The translations under genes were made by a program, and so were the position numbers. 64,000 nt of DNA from an uncultured Candidatus Binatia bacterium (GTDB lineage: Bacteria; Desulfobacterota; Binatia; Bin18; CBDCRK01), in assembly GCA_965220955.1 (NCBI GenBank), contig CBDCRK010000037.1, positions 58,928 to 122,927 on the forward strand, written 5' to 3'. A model generated the notes under the pieces. The model was not told the origin of the DNA and did not search any database. It saw nothing but the letters and a program-made list of their open reading frames with translations. Each line of letters opens with the position of its first letter. Position 1 is the first letter of the stretch. Below are positions 50,494 through 59,202 of the stretch, in pieces.

Positions 50494-50925
50494 ATGCCAG
50501 AAGATTCAGGACAAAATTGGGTAGTGAGACGTTATGAATGTAGGGTCGAGAAGCAGTTAGAGAAGCTTAGAAATGTTCTTGAACAGGATGTTAATCAAAT
50601 GAACATCCTGCTTGGCGAGAAAAGTGAGTGGTGGTTCGATGTTTCTGATCCAGGTTTGCTTGAATCTGAATCTGGATGTGAGGTCAGAAAAGTTGATAAG
50701 TATACTCGATCTCTCGTTTCCGTTGGGTCAGAGAACACAGTTTCCTTTATCTTGGAAAAGCAAGCAATTCATGTAAAGCACGATGGTAAAGAACTATTCA
50801 AGGTTCAGCTTGAGTGGAATGGGCGGCAGAGCCATTGTGACCTCAAGATTGATGGGGAGACCTATGAACTTTGGGAAATATCCCATATAGCCCTGGGTCC
50901 TTTCTTCTTTGAGGGCAAGTTTTAG
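50494..50925 (+). CDS. Hypothetical protein (paralog A of a duplicated gene)
   Basis: ORF 50467..50925; start set at MPEDSGQNWVV by analogy with paralog B (MPEEDLGPDWVV) and the GGGAAGGGAAG RBS. Confidence 0.5.
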   Translation: MPEDSGQNWVVRRYECRVEKQLEKLRNVLEQDVNQMNILLGEKSEWWFDVSDPGLLESESGCEVRKVDKYTRSLVSVGSENTVSFILEKQAIHVKHDGKELFKVQLEWNGRQSHCDLKIDGETYELWEISHIALGPFFFEGKF

Positions 50926-51870
50926 AAAGTCAGGAGGTCAGGCAGGAGTAGCTGAGCTGTTTTCCATCCATAAGTCTGACCATTGCGGTCATGCGATCCA
51001 AGATAGAGAGTGGCCGCAGGTTATGGCGGCCCACAAACTCGTTCACGTACCTGCCCAAGTGCTTCACGCTCATTTTATGGTAGACGCCATAGTGCCCACG
51101 TTTAAGGAGTGCCCAGAAGCTTTCTATGCCGTTAGTGTGAACCATGCCCGAAACGTACTGGCCGGCACTATGTCTGACAGAGTGGTGGTTTTTCAGGTCA
51201 ATATAGCCGCCATGGTCGTCCGTAAAGACAAGGGCGTCCTCTGGCTATTCGTTCTTCAACAAACTTCTGTAGAGTGGCTTTATCGGTGCCGAGAGACACC
51301 ATGGCTTTTAGCTGGTTAGTCCCACGGTCCAAGATCCCTAACACGGGAGTCTTACCGGCTGTCCCTCTACCCGAGCGTAGTTTCTTGTCTCCGTGCTTAT
51401 TCTTCTCTCTTCCGCCCACATAGGTTTCATCTACTTCTACCGGGCCCACACAAACCGAGAGTCATTATCATTCCATATTTCCCTTATGCGGTGCGCCAGA
51501 TGCCAGGCTGTTTTCTGGGTAATACCAAGGTCACGGGCAAGCCGAACGCTCGACACACCTTAACACTGGTGCTTATCATGTAGAACGCCAGAGCCCAGCC
51601 CTGAAATCCAAGCTTGGAGCTCTGCATTGGGGTTCCCGTCTTTACTGAGAAGTCTCTCCTGCAATGCCGGCAATGGTAAGGCTGGGGCTTGCGGTGGGGC
51701 GAAGGTATAGGTCTCGTGATTCACACTTCGGACACCGTATACCGCCCGGCCAGCGAGCCTCTATAAACCATTTCTCAGCCGTAGCATCGTCAGGGAATTT
51801 ATGAAGTAACTGGGCCAGCGAGAGTTGTTTCTCCATACACCCTAATGATAGCAAAGGCGTATAACATCTT
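50926..51870 (-). mobile_element. IS1595-family insertion sequence remnant; transposase split into three frames
   Basis: Minus-strand pieces: N-terminal zinc-ribbon (51642..51854, ...RWPGGIRCPKCES...), central DDE region (51198..51449, ...DETYVGG...) and C-terminus (50930..51145, ...NGIESFWALLKRGHYGVYHKMSVKHLGRYVNEF...). Confidence 0.7.
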
Positions 51871-51882
51871 AAAGGAGGATCT

Positions 51883-52290
51883 ATGCCAGAAGAAGATCTA
51901 GGACCAGATTGGGTAGTGAGACGTTATGAATGTGGGGTCGAGAAGCAGTTCCTTAAGCTTAGGAATGTTCTTAAAGGTGATGTTAGTAAAATGAACGTCC
52001 TGCTTGGCAAGAAAAGTGAGTGGGAGTTCAGTGTTCCTAAGCTAGCTGCTTTTGAAACATATAAAATTGATGTCGTAAAAGAGCACAAGTCTATGTCTCT
52101 CCTTCGGTCAGAAAGCACAGTTTCCTTTACCTTGGAAAACCAGACAATTCATGTAGCGCAGGGTGATAAAGAACTATTTAAGTAGAGCTTGCCTGGAATG
52201 AAAGGCAAAGCCATTGTGACCTGAAGATCGACGGTGAACCTTATGAGCTTTGGGAAATCTCTCAGAGAGCATTAGGACCTTTGAGGATTA
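51883..52290 (+). pseudogene. Paralog B of the 50494..50925 gene, carrying a frameshift/premature TAG
   Basis: First 100 aa collinear with paralog A, then TAG at 52183-52185; the remaining homologous C-terminus (...CDLKIDGEPYELWEIS...) continues in another frame (apparent 1-nt deletion) and runs into the convergent peptidase gene. Confidence 0.5.
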
Positions 52291-53697
52291 TTTCCCCAAC
52301 TCCTCTAAGACCTCTATCAAGGTTTGCGTGCCTGAGATCAGGCTTTCTAAAGAGATTCGCTCATTGAGTCCATGCACGCGCCGAGACTCCCCCTGAGCAA
52401 GTGTGATAGCGGTAAAACCGTAGCTAACAATGTCCTTTCTGCGAAAGTAGTGAGAGTCAGTGAATCCCACTAAAATGCCCGGTACTACAGGGGCCTCGGG
52501 GTGATGGCGAGAAGCCACGGTTTGGATCGTACGGAAAAGCTCAGTGTCCGTCTTAGAAGCAAGGGACGGAAAGTTAAGCAAAATGGAAAAGCGCACCTGG
52601 GGGTCATCTGCCACTTGTTCCAACTCGGCAATAAACTTCTGCGGGTCTTCTCCGGGGAGTAGACGACAGTCAAGCTGAGCCGTGGCCTGGGCAGGAATCA
52701 CATTCGTTTTATTGCTTCCTGAAATAACGGTGGGCACAATGGTATTGCGTACCAGCGCATTGTAAAGGGGGTTAGCCATAAACTCCTGACGAAAGGTAGG
52801 GTCTTTAAGTGCCTGGGTCAGGTCGCGATAGTGCTCTCGTTTGGCTGGCTCTTCCTGCTCCGCCAGGGCCGTGAAAAACTCCTGCACTGCTGGCACAACC
52901 TTGACCTCGGTCTCATGGAGGCGAATCTTTTCCAGAGCACGGATCAGGCGTGTCACCGCAGTCTCGGGCAACGGAACCGAACCATGTCCGGCCTGGCCGC
53001 TAGCTGCCAACTGGACCCAGCAGGGGGCTTTCTCTGCCACGGCCACGGAGTAAGACCTCTTGCCGTCTTTCATCCTGATTCCTCCACCCTCGTTGAGCAG
53101 AAACTCGGCATCGGCAATAAGATCAAAATGGTTATCCACAAACCACCCGGCCCCTAGCTTCCCCCCTGTCTCTTCATCCGCTGTCCCTAGGAATATGATA
53201 TCACGCTTAAGTAGCGTGCCCATCCGCTTAAGCAGAGCCATGGCAAGAAACTCAACCGTTCCCACCCCTTTGCAATCCATTGCTCCCCGGCCGTACACAT
53301 ACCCATCTTTGATCACACCAGCGAAGGGATCAACTTCCCAGCCCACTTTTGTGGCTGGTACTACATCAAGGTGATTGAGTAGTATCACTGCCTTTTTTTC
53401 CCCTGTGCCCTTGAGTCGAGCGTATACTATTCCTCGCCCCGGCTGGGACTCAAATACCTGGGCAGGAATTCCCTCCTGAGCAAATCGCTCCTGGAAGAAC
53501 TTGGCTGCAGGAGTTTCGTTTCCTGGCGGGTTGGTGGTGTCGATTTGAATATAGTGGCTAAGCAGATCACCCGCTTCCTCCTGGACCACGCTCCAGTCTA
53601 CCTCAGTTGCCCAGGCAACCCGAAGGACAAAGCAAAAGGAGAAAAAACAGAGGGGAATCACAAATTTACGGAGAACCAGAGCCATCTTAACCCCCAC
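52288..53697 (-). CDS. M20 family metallopeptidase (ArgE/DapE/CPG2/PM20D1-like), secreted
   Basis: Signal peptide; M20 motifs (NHLDVVP, GRGAMDCKG, TADEETGG). Confidence 0.8.
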   Translation of the reverse strand: MGVKMALVLRKFVIPLCFFSFCFVLRVAWATEVDWSVVQEEAGDLLSHYIQIDTTNPPGNETPAAKFFQERFAQEGIPAQVFESQPGRGIVYARLKGTGEKKAVILLNHLDVVPATKVGWEVDPFAGVIKDGYVYGRGAMDCKGVGTVEFLAMALLKRMGTLLKRDIIFLGTADEETGGKLGAGWFVDNHFDLIADAEFLLNEGGGIRMKDGKRSYSVAVAEKAPCWVQLAASGQAGHGSVPLPETAVTRLIRALEKIRLHETEVKVVPAVQEFFTALAEQEEPAKREHYRDLTQALKDPTFRQEFMANPLYNALVRNTIVPTVISGSNKTNVIPAQATAQLDCRLLPGEDPQKFIAELEQVADDPQVRFSILLNFPSLASKTDTELFRTIQTVASRHHPEAPVVPGILVGFTDSHYFRRKDIVSYGFTAITLAQGESRRVHGLNERISLESLISGTQTLIEVLEELGK

Positions 53698-53868
53698 CTT
53701 AATCCTCTCCTATCGAACAGGAGGGAACTATCTTTTTGCCTTCTCTCAAAAATTTCCTTGCTTACCGCTTGGATCCACTCGGCTTTGCTTGCTGACTGAC
53801 GATATGCTTAGTTCTTCTCCCCTGGCGGGGAGGATTAAAGAAAGGGGAGGACTTTTGGCAGCATCTTA

Positions 53869-54570
53869 TTAGGAAGCAGCTATAGCCCGCTCGATGCCAT
53901 CAAAGAACTGCCACCACATATCAAGCGAGCAGTTGAGGGCCAAACGCACTCTTTCTTGCCACTCCTCCGTAGTGGCGTGACGCACAACAATGTGATCACC
54001 TACATCGCTGTGATCCTTATCTGCCTCTTCGTGTATATCCCAAAAAGCAACCTGAGCGCTGGTAAGTCCGTAGTGCTTTTCCAGGGAACGGGCAAAGGGA
54101 CTAAAGCTGCCTGGCACCTGTCCCTCAGCCGCAAGGTTGATGGCTGCTGCTCCTTCAATAAAAGAGCGCTGCTTGGTAGACAGCTCAAACCAATTGATGA
54201 GCGTAGCAGTAGCTGGTAAGGGCTCGCCATAGACTATCTGCTCACGGGACAGCCCCAGCCCCTGGCCAAAACGGACGAATAGCTCAGGGTGAGGGAGGTT
54301 GCAACCCGAGATCTTACCTGTCTCTTCTTCGAAGAGGCTCTCGGCCAGCTTGATCCGCTCTTCAGCAAACGGACAATTGGCATGCATAGCGCTCACTGCC
54401 CGAGGAAACTCACGCACCTGCAGGAAAAATTGTACGGCCCAGGTCTGCATCTGCAGGAGCGTAAGTTCTCCCTCCATAATCTTGAGCCAGAGCGGGTGGC
54501 GACCAAACGTTCGCTTGGCCTGGATTGTCTCCATCAAATCTTGCACAAATTCTCGGTTTGACACGGTCAT
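53869..54570 (-). CDS. PqqC-like / heme-oxygenase-like (TenA_C/CADD-like) family protein
   Basis: Strong similarity to the PqqC pattern (RHPLWLKIMEGELTLLQMQTWAVQFFLQVREFPRAVSAMHANCP...LFVRFGQGLGLSREQI); start at the internal ATG (54570), whose ATGA overlaps the ribBA stop. Confidence 0.6.
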   Translation of the reverse strand: MTVSNREFVQDLMETIQAKRTFGRHPLWLKIMEGELTLLQMQTWAVQFFLQVREFPRAVSAMHANCPFAEERIKLAESLFEEETGKISGCNLPHPELFVRFGQGLGLSREQIVYGEPLPATATLINWFELSTKQRSFIEGAAAINLAAEGQVPGSFSPFARSLEKHYGLTSAQVAFWDIHEEADKDHSDVGDHIVVRHATTEEWQERVRLALNCSLDMWWQFFDGIERAIAAS

Positions 54571-55838
54571 AGAGTTGCCCTCTTTAAAGATTCCTTCCCT
54601 CCTCGATTGTAAGCTGCAGGTTGTGGGTTTCGTTTTCTCGACGCAGAAGGAGTACGCCGCTGAGAGGGAACGCTCAACGGCACACACTCAACAATCTCCA
54701 AACCATATCCAGGTAAACTCACCAAACGGGGCGGATTATTAGTGAGGAGCCGCATTTTTCTCACCCCCATATCTCGTAGGATCTGGGCGCCAATGCCATA
54801 GTCACGAAAGTCGCGTAACCGGGAGGTTAGGCTTGTGCTTAGCTGGCGTGATTTCTTACTGCGACCTTTTCCATCCAAGCCATGGTCGCGAAAGAGGTCT
54901 GTTCCTCGTCCCTCCTGCCGCAGGTAGAGGATCACCCCTTTCCCCTCAGCAGCAATGATCTCCATTGCCTGGTGAAGAAGGGCTCCCGTATTGCGGCGGG
55001 CGTAACCAAACACATCCCCTGGCAGATACTCGGTATGGGCCCGCACCAGCACTGGCTCCTTGGGGTTAATCTTTCCCTTGACTAGGACTAGATGCTCCTC
55101 TTCATCCACGTCACTGATATAAACGCAGGCAGTAAAGTCGCCGCCATAGCGGCTTGGCACCTTTGCTTCCGCCACCCGGTGAACTAGGGAATCATGCCGC
55201 AGACGGTATTGGACAAGGTCAGTAATGGTAGCGATCTTAATCCCATGCCGGGCGGAGAACTTCTCGAGGTCTGGCAACCGCGCCATGGTACCATCATCCT
55301 TCATAATCTCGCAGATCACTCCAGCGGGTTTAAGCCCAGCGAGGCGTGCAAGATCCACGGATCCTTCGGTTTGCCCAGTACGCACAAGCACCCCGCCTCT
55401 GCGGGCACACAGGGGAAACATATGTCCCGGAGTCACTAGGTCCTCGGACCGTGTGTTGTCACGGATGGCAGTAAGAATGGTGGTGGCCCGGTCCTCCGCC
55501 GAAACTCCCTTACCTACTCCATAGCGGGCATCAATAGAGACGGTAAATGCAGTGCCTAAGGGCGCAGTGTTTTTGCTCACCATCATGGATAGGCCGAGCG
55601 CATCAACCTGCCCCGCAGTCAGGGGTAGACAGATGAGCCCTCTACCGTACTTAGCCATGAAATTGATCGCCGCCGGCGTTACTTTCTCCGCTGCTAGGCA
55701 AAGGTCTCCCTCATTCTCTCGATCTTCATCGTCCATAAGGATGATCATCTGGCCAGCACGGGTTTCCTCGATTGCCTCTTCAATCGAGACCACATAGGAA
55801 CTCTTGTACACTGGAGTAGGTAGTGGTGTCGAAAACAT
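54567..55838 (-). CDS. ribBA: RibBA-like: 3,4-dihydroxy-2-butanone-4-phosphate synthase fused to a degenerate GTP cyclohydrolase II-like domain
   Basis: N-terminal RibB motifs intact (DDEDRENEGDL...); in the RibA-like domain the zinc-ligand region reads HTEYLPGDVFGYARRNTG instead of HSECLTGDxFGSxRCDCG, so all three Cys are absent, and the following catalytic stretch is also divergent. Confidence 0.7.
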   Translation of the reverse strand: MFSTPLPTPVYKSSYVVSIEEAIEETRAGQMIILMDDEDRENEGDLCLAAEKVTPAAINFMAKYGRGLICLPLTAGQVDALGLSMMVSKNTAPLGTAFTVSIDARYGVGKGVSAEDRATTILTAIRDNTRSEDLVTPGHMFPLCARRGGVLVRTGQTEGSVDLARLAGLKPAGVICEIMKDDGTMARLPDLEKFSARHGIKIATITDLVQYRLRHDSLVHRVAEAKVPSRYGGDFTACVYISDVDEEEHLVLVKGKINPKEPVLVRAHTEYLPGDVFGYARRNTGALLHQAMEIIAAEGKGVILYLRQEGRGTDLFRDHGLDGKGRSKKSRQLSTSLTSRLRDFRDYGIGAQILRDMGVRKMRLLTNNPPRLVSLPGYGLEIVECVPLSVPSQRRTPSASRKRNPQPAAYNRGGKESLKRATL

Positions 55839-56461
55839 TGTTTTCCTCCAAAGAATAGTGACCCTATCTTATATCCTGCCTACCCTAGCAATGTAAAGAT
55901 GCAACTACCCGGCTAAACAGTCACTGGGAGTAGTAGGAGTTTGCTGGCTCTATTTGTCAAAACATATAGAATTTTCTATATGTTACGCTGATTGGTCAAG
56001 AGGCGAAGATCGTATATGCTAAGCGAATTGGCAAAGAATCAGCTGAATGTTTTCAATCATCGGCCAGACTCTGAATATACCAAGAGACGGTTAGGCTTCC
56101 CAAGCGCGGTATTTCTATTAGGCCGATTGACCAGTATCTCTACGTAACATTCCAGGGGTCGGGCTACACAGGCCCCTTACTCGTTTTAGACCACTTATTT
56201 AATCTGACCCTGGTCTTAATCCTCTTTGCTCTCTGCGCCAGCACCGGAAGTTTAGTGCTAGTAGGATGGGGCTATACCTTATATACATAGGGTTACGACA
56301 TTGGGTGAAGGTGGGTTGAGGCATTGTGAAAGAGGGTATGGTGGAGGGGAATGAGTTAAGGAAAGAATTGCATTGCGACCCGTTAGGCTTTCGTCTATTT
56401 TGGGACAGCATAAAAAACAGGCCTCAAAGGCAAATAAAAACCCGTTCACCAGGAGGACGTG

Positions 56462-58798
56462 ATGGCAGGCGCTTTAGACGGCGTGCGGATTGTCGAATTG
56501 GCCCAAGGCATTGCCGGACCCTATACTGGTATGCTGCTCGCCGAACAGGGAGCAGATGTTATCAAAATCGAACCCCCTCAAGGGGATAAAGCCAGAGGTA
56601 CGCCAGGGTTTCATGTCTGGAATCGTAGCACGCGAAGCGTCATTGCTGACCCTGCAACTGCTGAAGGCAAAGACTTCATCCTCAGTCTTGCCTCTACTGC
56701 TGATATTGTTCTAACTGACTATCAGCCCGAAGAAGTAGAGAAACTTGGCCTAAACTACGAGGTTTTTTCTCAAGATAACCCCGGTCTTATTTACTGCCAC
56801 CTTCCTGCCTACGGCGGCTACGGCCCGCATGCTGGCCGCTATCCCGACGACACGCTAGTGGCCGCAGTGAGCGGCCTTCTGGGTAGTCAATGGTCTCACC
56901 GTGACGGTGGGGTATACCTGGTGCTTCCTATTGCTAGTTATGGGGCGGCCTTTGTTGCCAGTAGTTCCATCTCTGCTGCTCTCTTCGAGCGGGAGGGAAG
57001 TGGAAGAGGACAAAAGATTGAGGTTTCGTGGCTGGCTGGAGCCTTTGCTATGCAGAGCGGCACTATTCTTTATCACCCTGAATTGCTTCGCTTGTTCAGT
57101 GGCCGTCTCAACCCCCTAGGCCCAATCCCGGTCTATCGCCTGTATAAGGCTAAAGACGACTGGCTCTTTGTGGCTTGTGGGAACACAACCTTCTGGAACA
57201 AATTTTGTCTGGCACTTGAGCATCCGGAGTGGACTTCTGATCCACGTTACGAGAAGGCACCCTGGGGAATTGCCCCAGAGGACCGGGATGAACTCGCGGA
57301 GAGGATTGCTGCTGTCATTGCCGGTAAACCCCGTGAGGAATGGCTACGCATTCTACGAGAGTATGACGTGCCTTCTGCTCCGGTAACTAGTCGTCAGGAG
57401 TTCATTGATCACCCTCAAACTATCCACAATGGCATGCGGGTAGAAGTAGATGATCCGAAACTGGGCAAGACCGTGCAGATGGGGGTACCGGTGCGTATGT
57501 ATACAACCCCTGGGACCATTAAAGGACCTGCCCCATTGCTGGGACAGCATACAGACGAAGTCAAAAGAGAGGGAGTGAGGGCAGGTTTCAAACCTGCCCT
57601 CACCTCTTCATATTCTTCTTACCCTCTCCAGGGGGTCCTTGTTCTCGACTTTGCCAGCTACATTGCTGGCACCTATGGCCCCATGGTGCTGGCTCAGCTT
57701 GGAGCTACGGTCATCAAGGTTGAGTCGCTTCAGGGAGATGCGTTTCGCGCTTTTGGCTTTGGCTTCCTGGGATGGAATCAGGGGAAAAGGGGCATTTCCG
57801 TCAACCTGAACCAACCCGAGGGACGGGAGGTTATTTACGACCTGGTACGCAAGGCTGATGTTGTGGTGGAAAATCTCCGGCCCGGTGCCACAAAGCGCTA
57901 CGGTATTGACTATAAGACTCTCTCTGAGATCAATCCTCAATTGATTCATGCCACAGTTACGGGTTTTGGCTCTAGTGGCCCGGACCACAACCAGCCGGCG
58001 TTTGATCCTCTCCTCCAAGCTCGCTCCGGAATCATGCAAGCTCAGGGTGGGCACGGGCATCCGCCTTTCTATCTCACCTGTGGAGTGTGTGATTATGCTG
58101 CCGCACTGCTCAGCGCCTATGGTGTCTGTGCCGCCCTCTATGCCCGTAGACGAGGGGGTAAAGGCCAGAGGATTGAGACTTCTCTTTCCCAGGCTTCTAT
58201 TGCGGTACAGTCAGGAAGTTTTATTTTCTACAAAGGCCGGCCGGATTTAGAGAACGGCGGGCCAGACTTATGGGGAACCAGTGACCTGTATCGCATTTAC
58301 CTCACTGCCAACAACTCCCTCTTTCTTGCTGTTCTAGAAGACCCCCACTGGCAGGCACTCTGCAGTGCTATTCGGCGAACGGACCTGAGCGACCGTTACA
58401 GTTTCCATCAGGCTTGCCGGGAAAGTGTGGAAAGCCCGCTGGGAGAGATACTGGCAGAAATCTTCGCAAGCAAGACAACCGAAGAGTGGGTCTCACTCCT
58501 GGATACCGTTGGGGTCCCCTGCGCGCCGATATTACCCCTTCCTCAACTCTTTAGCGACGAGCACGTTGTGGCCAACGACCTACTTGCCACCCACACCCAC
58601 CCCCAGTGGGGTGAAGTACGACAGACCGGCATCTTTGCTAAATTCTCCCGCACCGCCGCAACCGTTCCCTATGCAGCCCCACTCCTGGGACAGCACACCA
58701 CGGAGGTGTTGCAAGAGGTGGTAGGATACGATGAGGAGAGAATTCAAATGCTGCTGAACGCTGGTGTCATCAAACAGGCGCTGTGGAAGAATCAATGA
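56462..58798 (+). CDS. Fusion of two family-III CoA-transferase (CaiB/BaiF) domains
   Basis: 779 aa; two complete CoA_trans_3 units, each starting with the GxRIVELAQGIAGPY / GVLVLDFASYIAGTY glycine-rich motif; RBS AGGAGG before the ATG at 56462. Confidence 0.75.
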   Translation: MAGALDGVRIVELAQGIAGPYTGMLLAEQGADVIKIEPPQGDKARGTPGFHVWNRSTRSVIADPATAEGKDFILSLASTADIVLTDYQPEEVEKLGLNYEVFSQDNPGLIYCHLPAYGGYGPHAGRYPDDTLVAAVSGLLGSQWSHRDGGVYLVLPIASYGAAFVASSSISAALFEREGSGRGQKIEVSWLAGAFAMQSGTILYHPELLRLFSGRLNPLGPIPVYRLYKAKDDWLFVACGNTTFWNKFCLALEHPEWTSDPRYEKAPWGIAPEDRDELAERIAAVIAGKPREEWLRILREYDVPSAPVTSRQEFIDHPQTIHNGMRVEVDDPKLGKTVQMGVPVRMYTTPGTIKGPAPLLGQHTDEVKREGVRAGFKPALTSSYSSYPLQGVLVLDFASYIAGTYGPMVLAQLGATVIKVESLQGDAFRAFGFGFLGWNQGKRGISVNLNQPEGREVIYDLVRKADVVVENLRPGATKRYGIDYKTLSEINPQLIHATVTGFGSSGPDHNQPAFDPLLQARSGIMQAQGGHGHPPFYLTCGVCDYAAALLSAYGVCAALYARRRGGKGQRIETSLSQASIAVQSGSFIFYKGRPDLENGGPDLWGTSDLYRIYLTANNSLFLAVLEDPHWQALCSAIRRTDLSDRYSFHQACRESVESPLGEILAEIFASKTTEEWVSLLDTVGVPCAPILPLPQLFSDEHVVANDLLATHTHPQWGEVRQTGIFAKFSRTAATVPYAAPLLGQHTTEVLQEVVGYDEERIQMLLNAGVIKQALWKNQ

Positions 58799-58903
58799 TC
58801 TCGAATAACATAACCCCGGCCACCAAAGATAACATCCGAAGCCTTGATACGCCCTTGATCGCTTTTTTATCCCATCCAGGGCTACTGAATTTATTGCTGG
58901 GCT

Positions 58904-59059
58904 TTATAACACCCCAGACGGGCTTTGCGCCTGGGACAGGCTGGCGGTGAGGCTGACAAGCAAGACGATGCTTCCCGCTCTTTTACCGTAATTACTCCCT
59001 GGCAGCTCAAGAAGAGACAAACGAGCCAGAGCCAGACAATCACGTAAGTCAATACGCAT
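58904..59059 (-). CDS. Small ORF (51 aa) with a canonical RBS, antisense to the region upstream of the MTase gene
   Basis: AGGAGG 6 nt before the ATG (MRIDLRDCLALARLSLLELPG...); not in the ORF track because it is under 60 aa; function unknown, possibly a relic. Confidence 0.25.
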   Translation of the reverse strand: MRIDLRDCLALARLSLLELPGSNYGKRAGSIVLLVSLTASLSQAQSPSGVL

Positions 59060-59202
59060 GCCCGACCTCCTTTCTCCTCTTGACTGGCAAACGTGTGACC
59101 TAGTAAGAAGCTTACTGGCAAAACTACAGAGCTATCTGCGGTATGGCAAATATGAGGAGGCAGGGACGGGGGAAACGTTCTTAGCCCTCAGTAGAAATCA
59201 TT

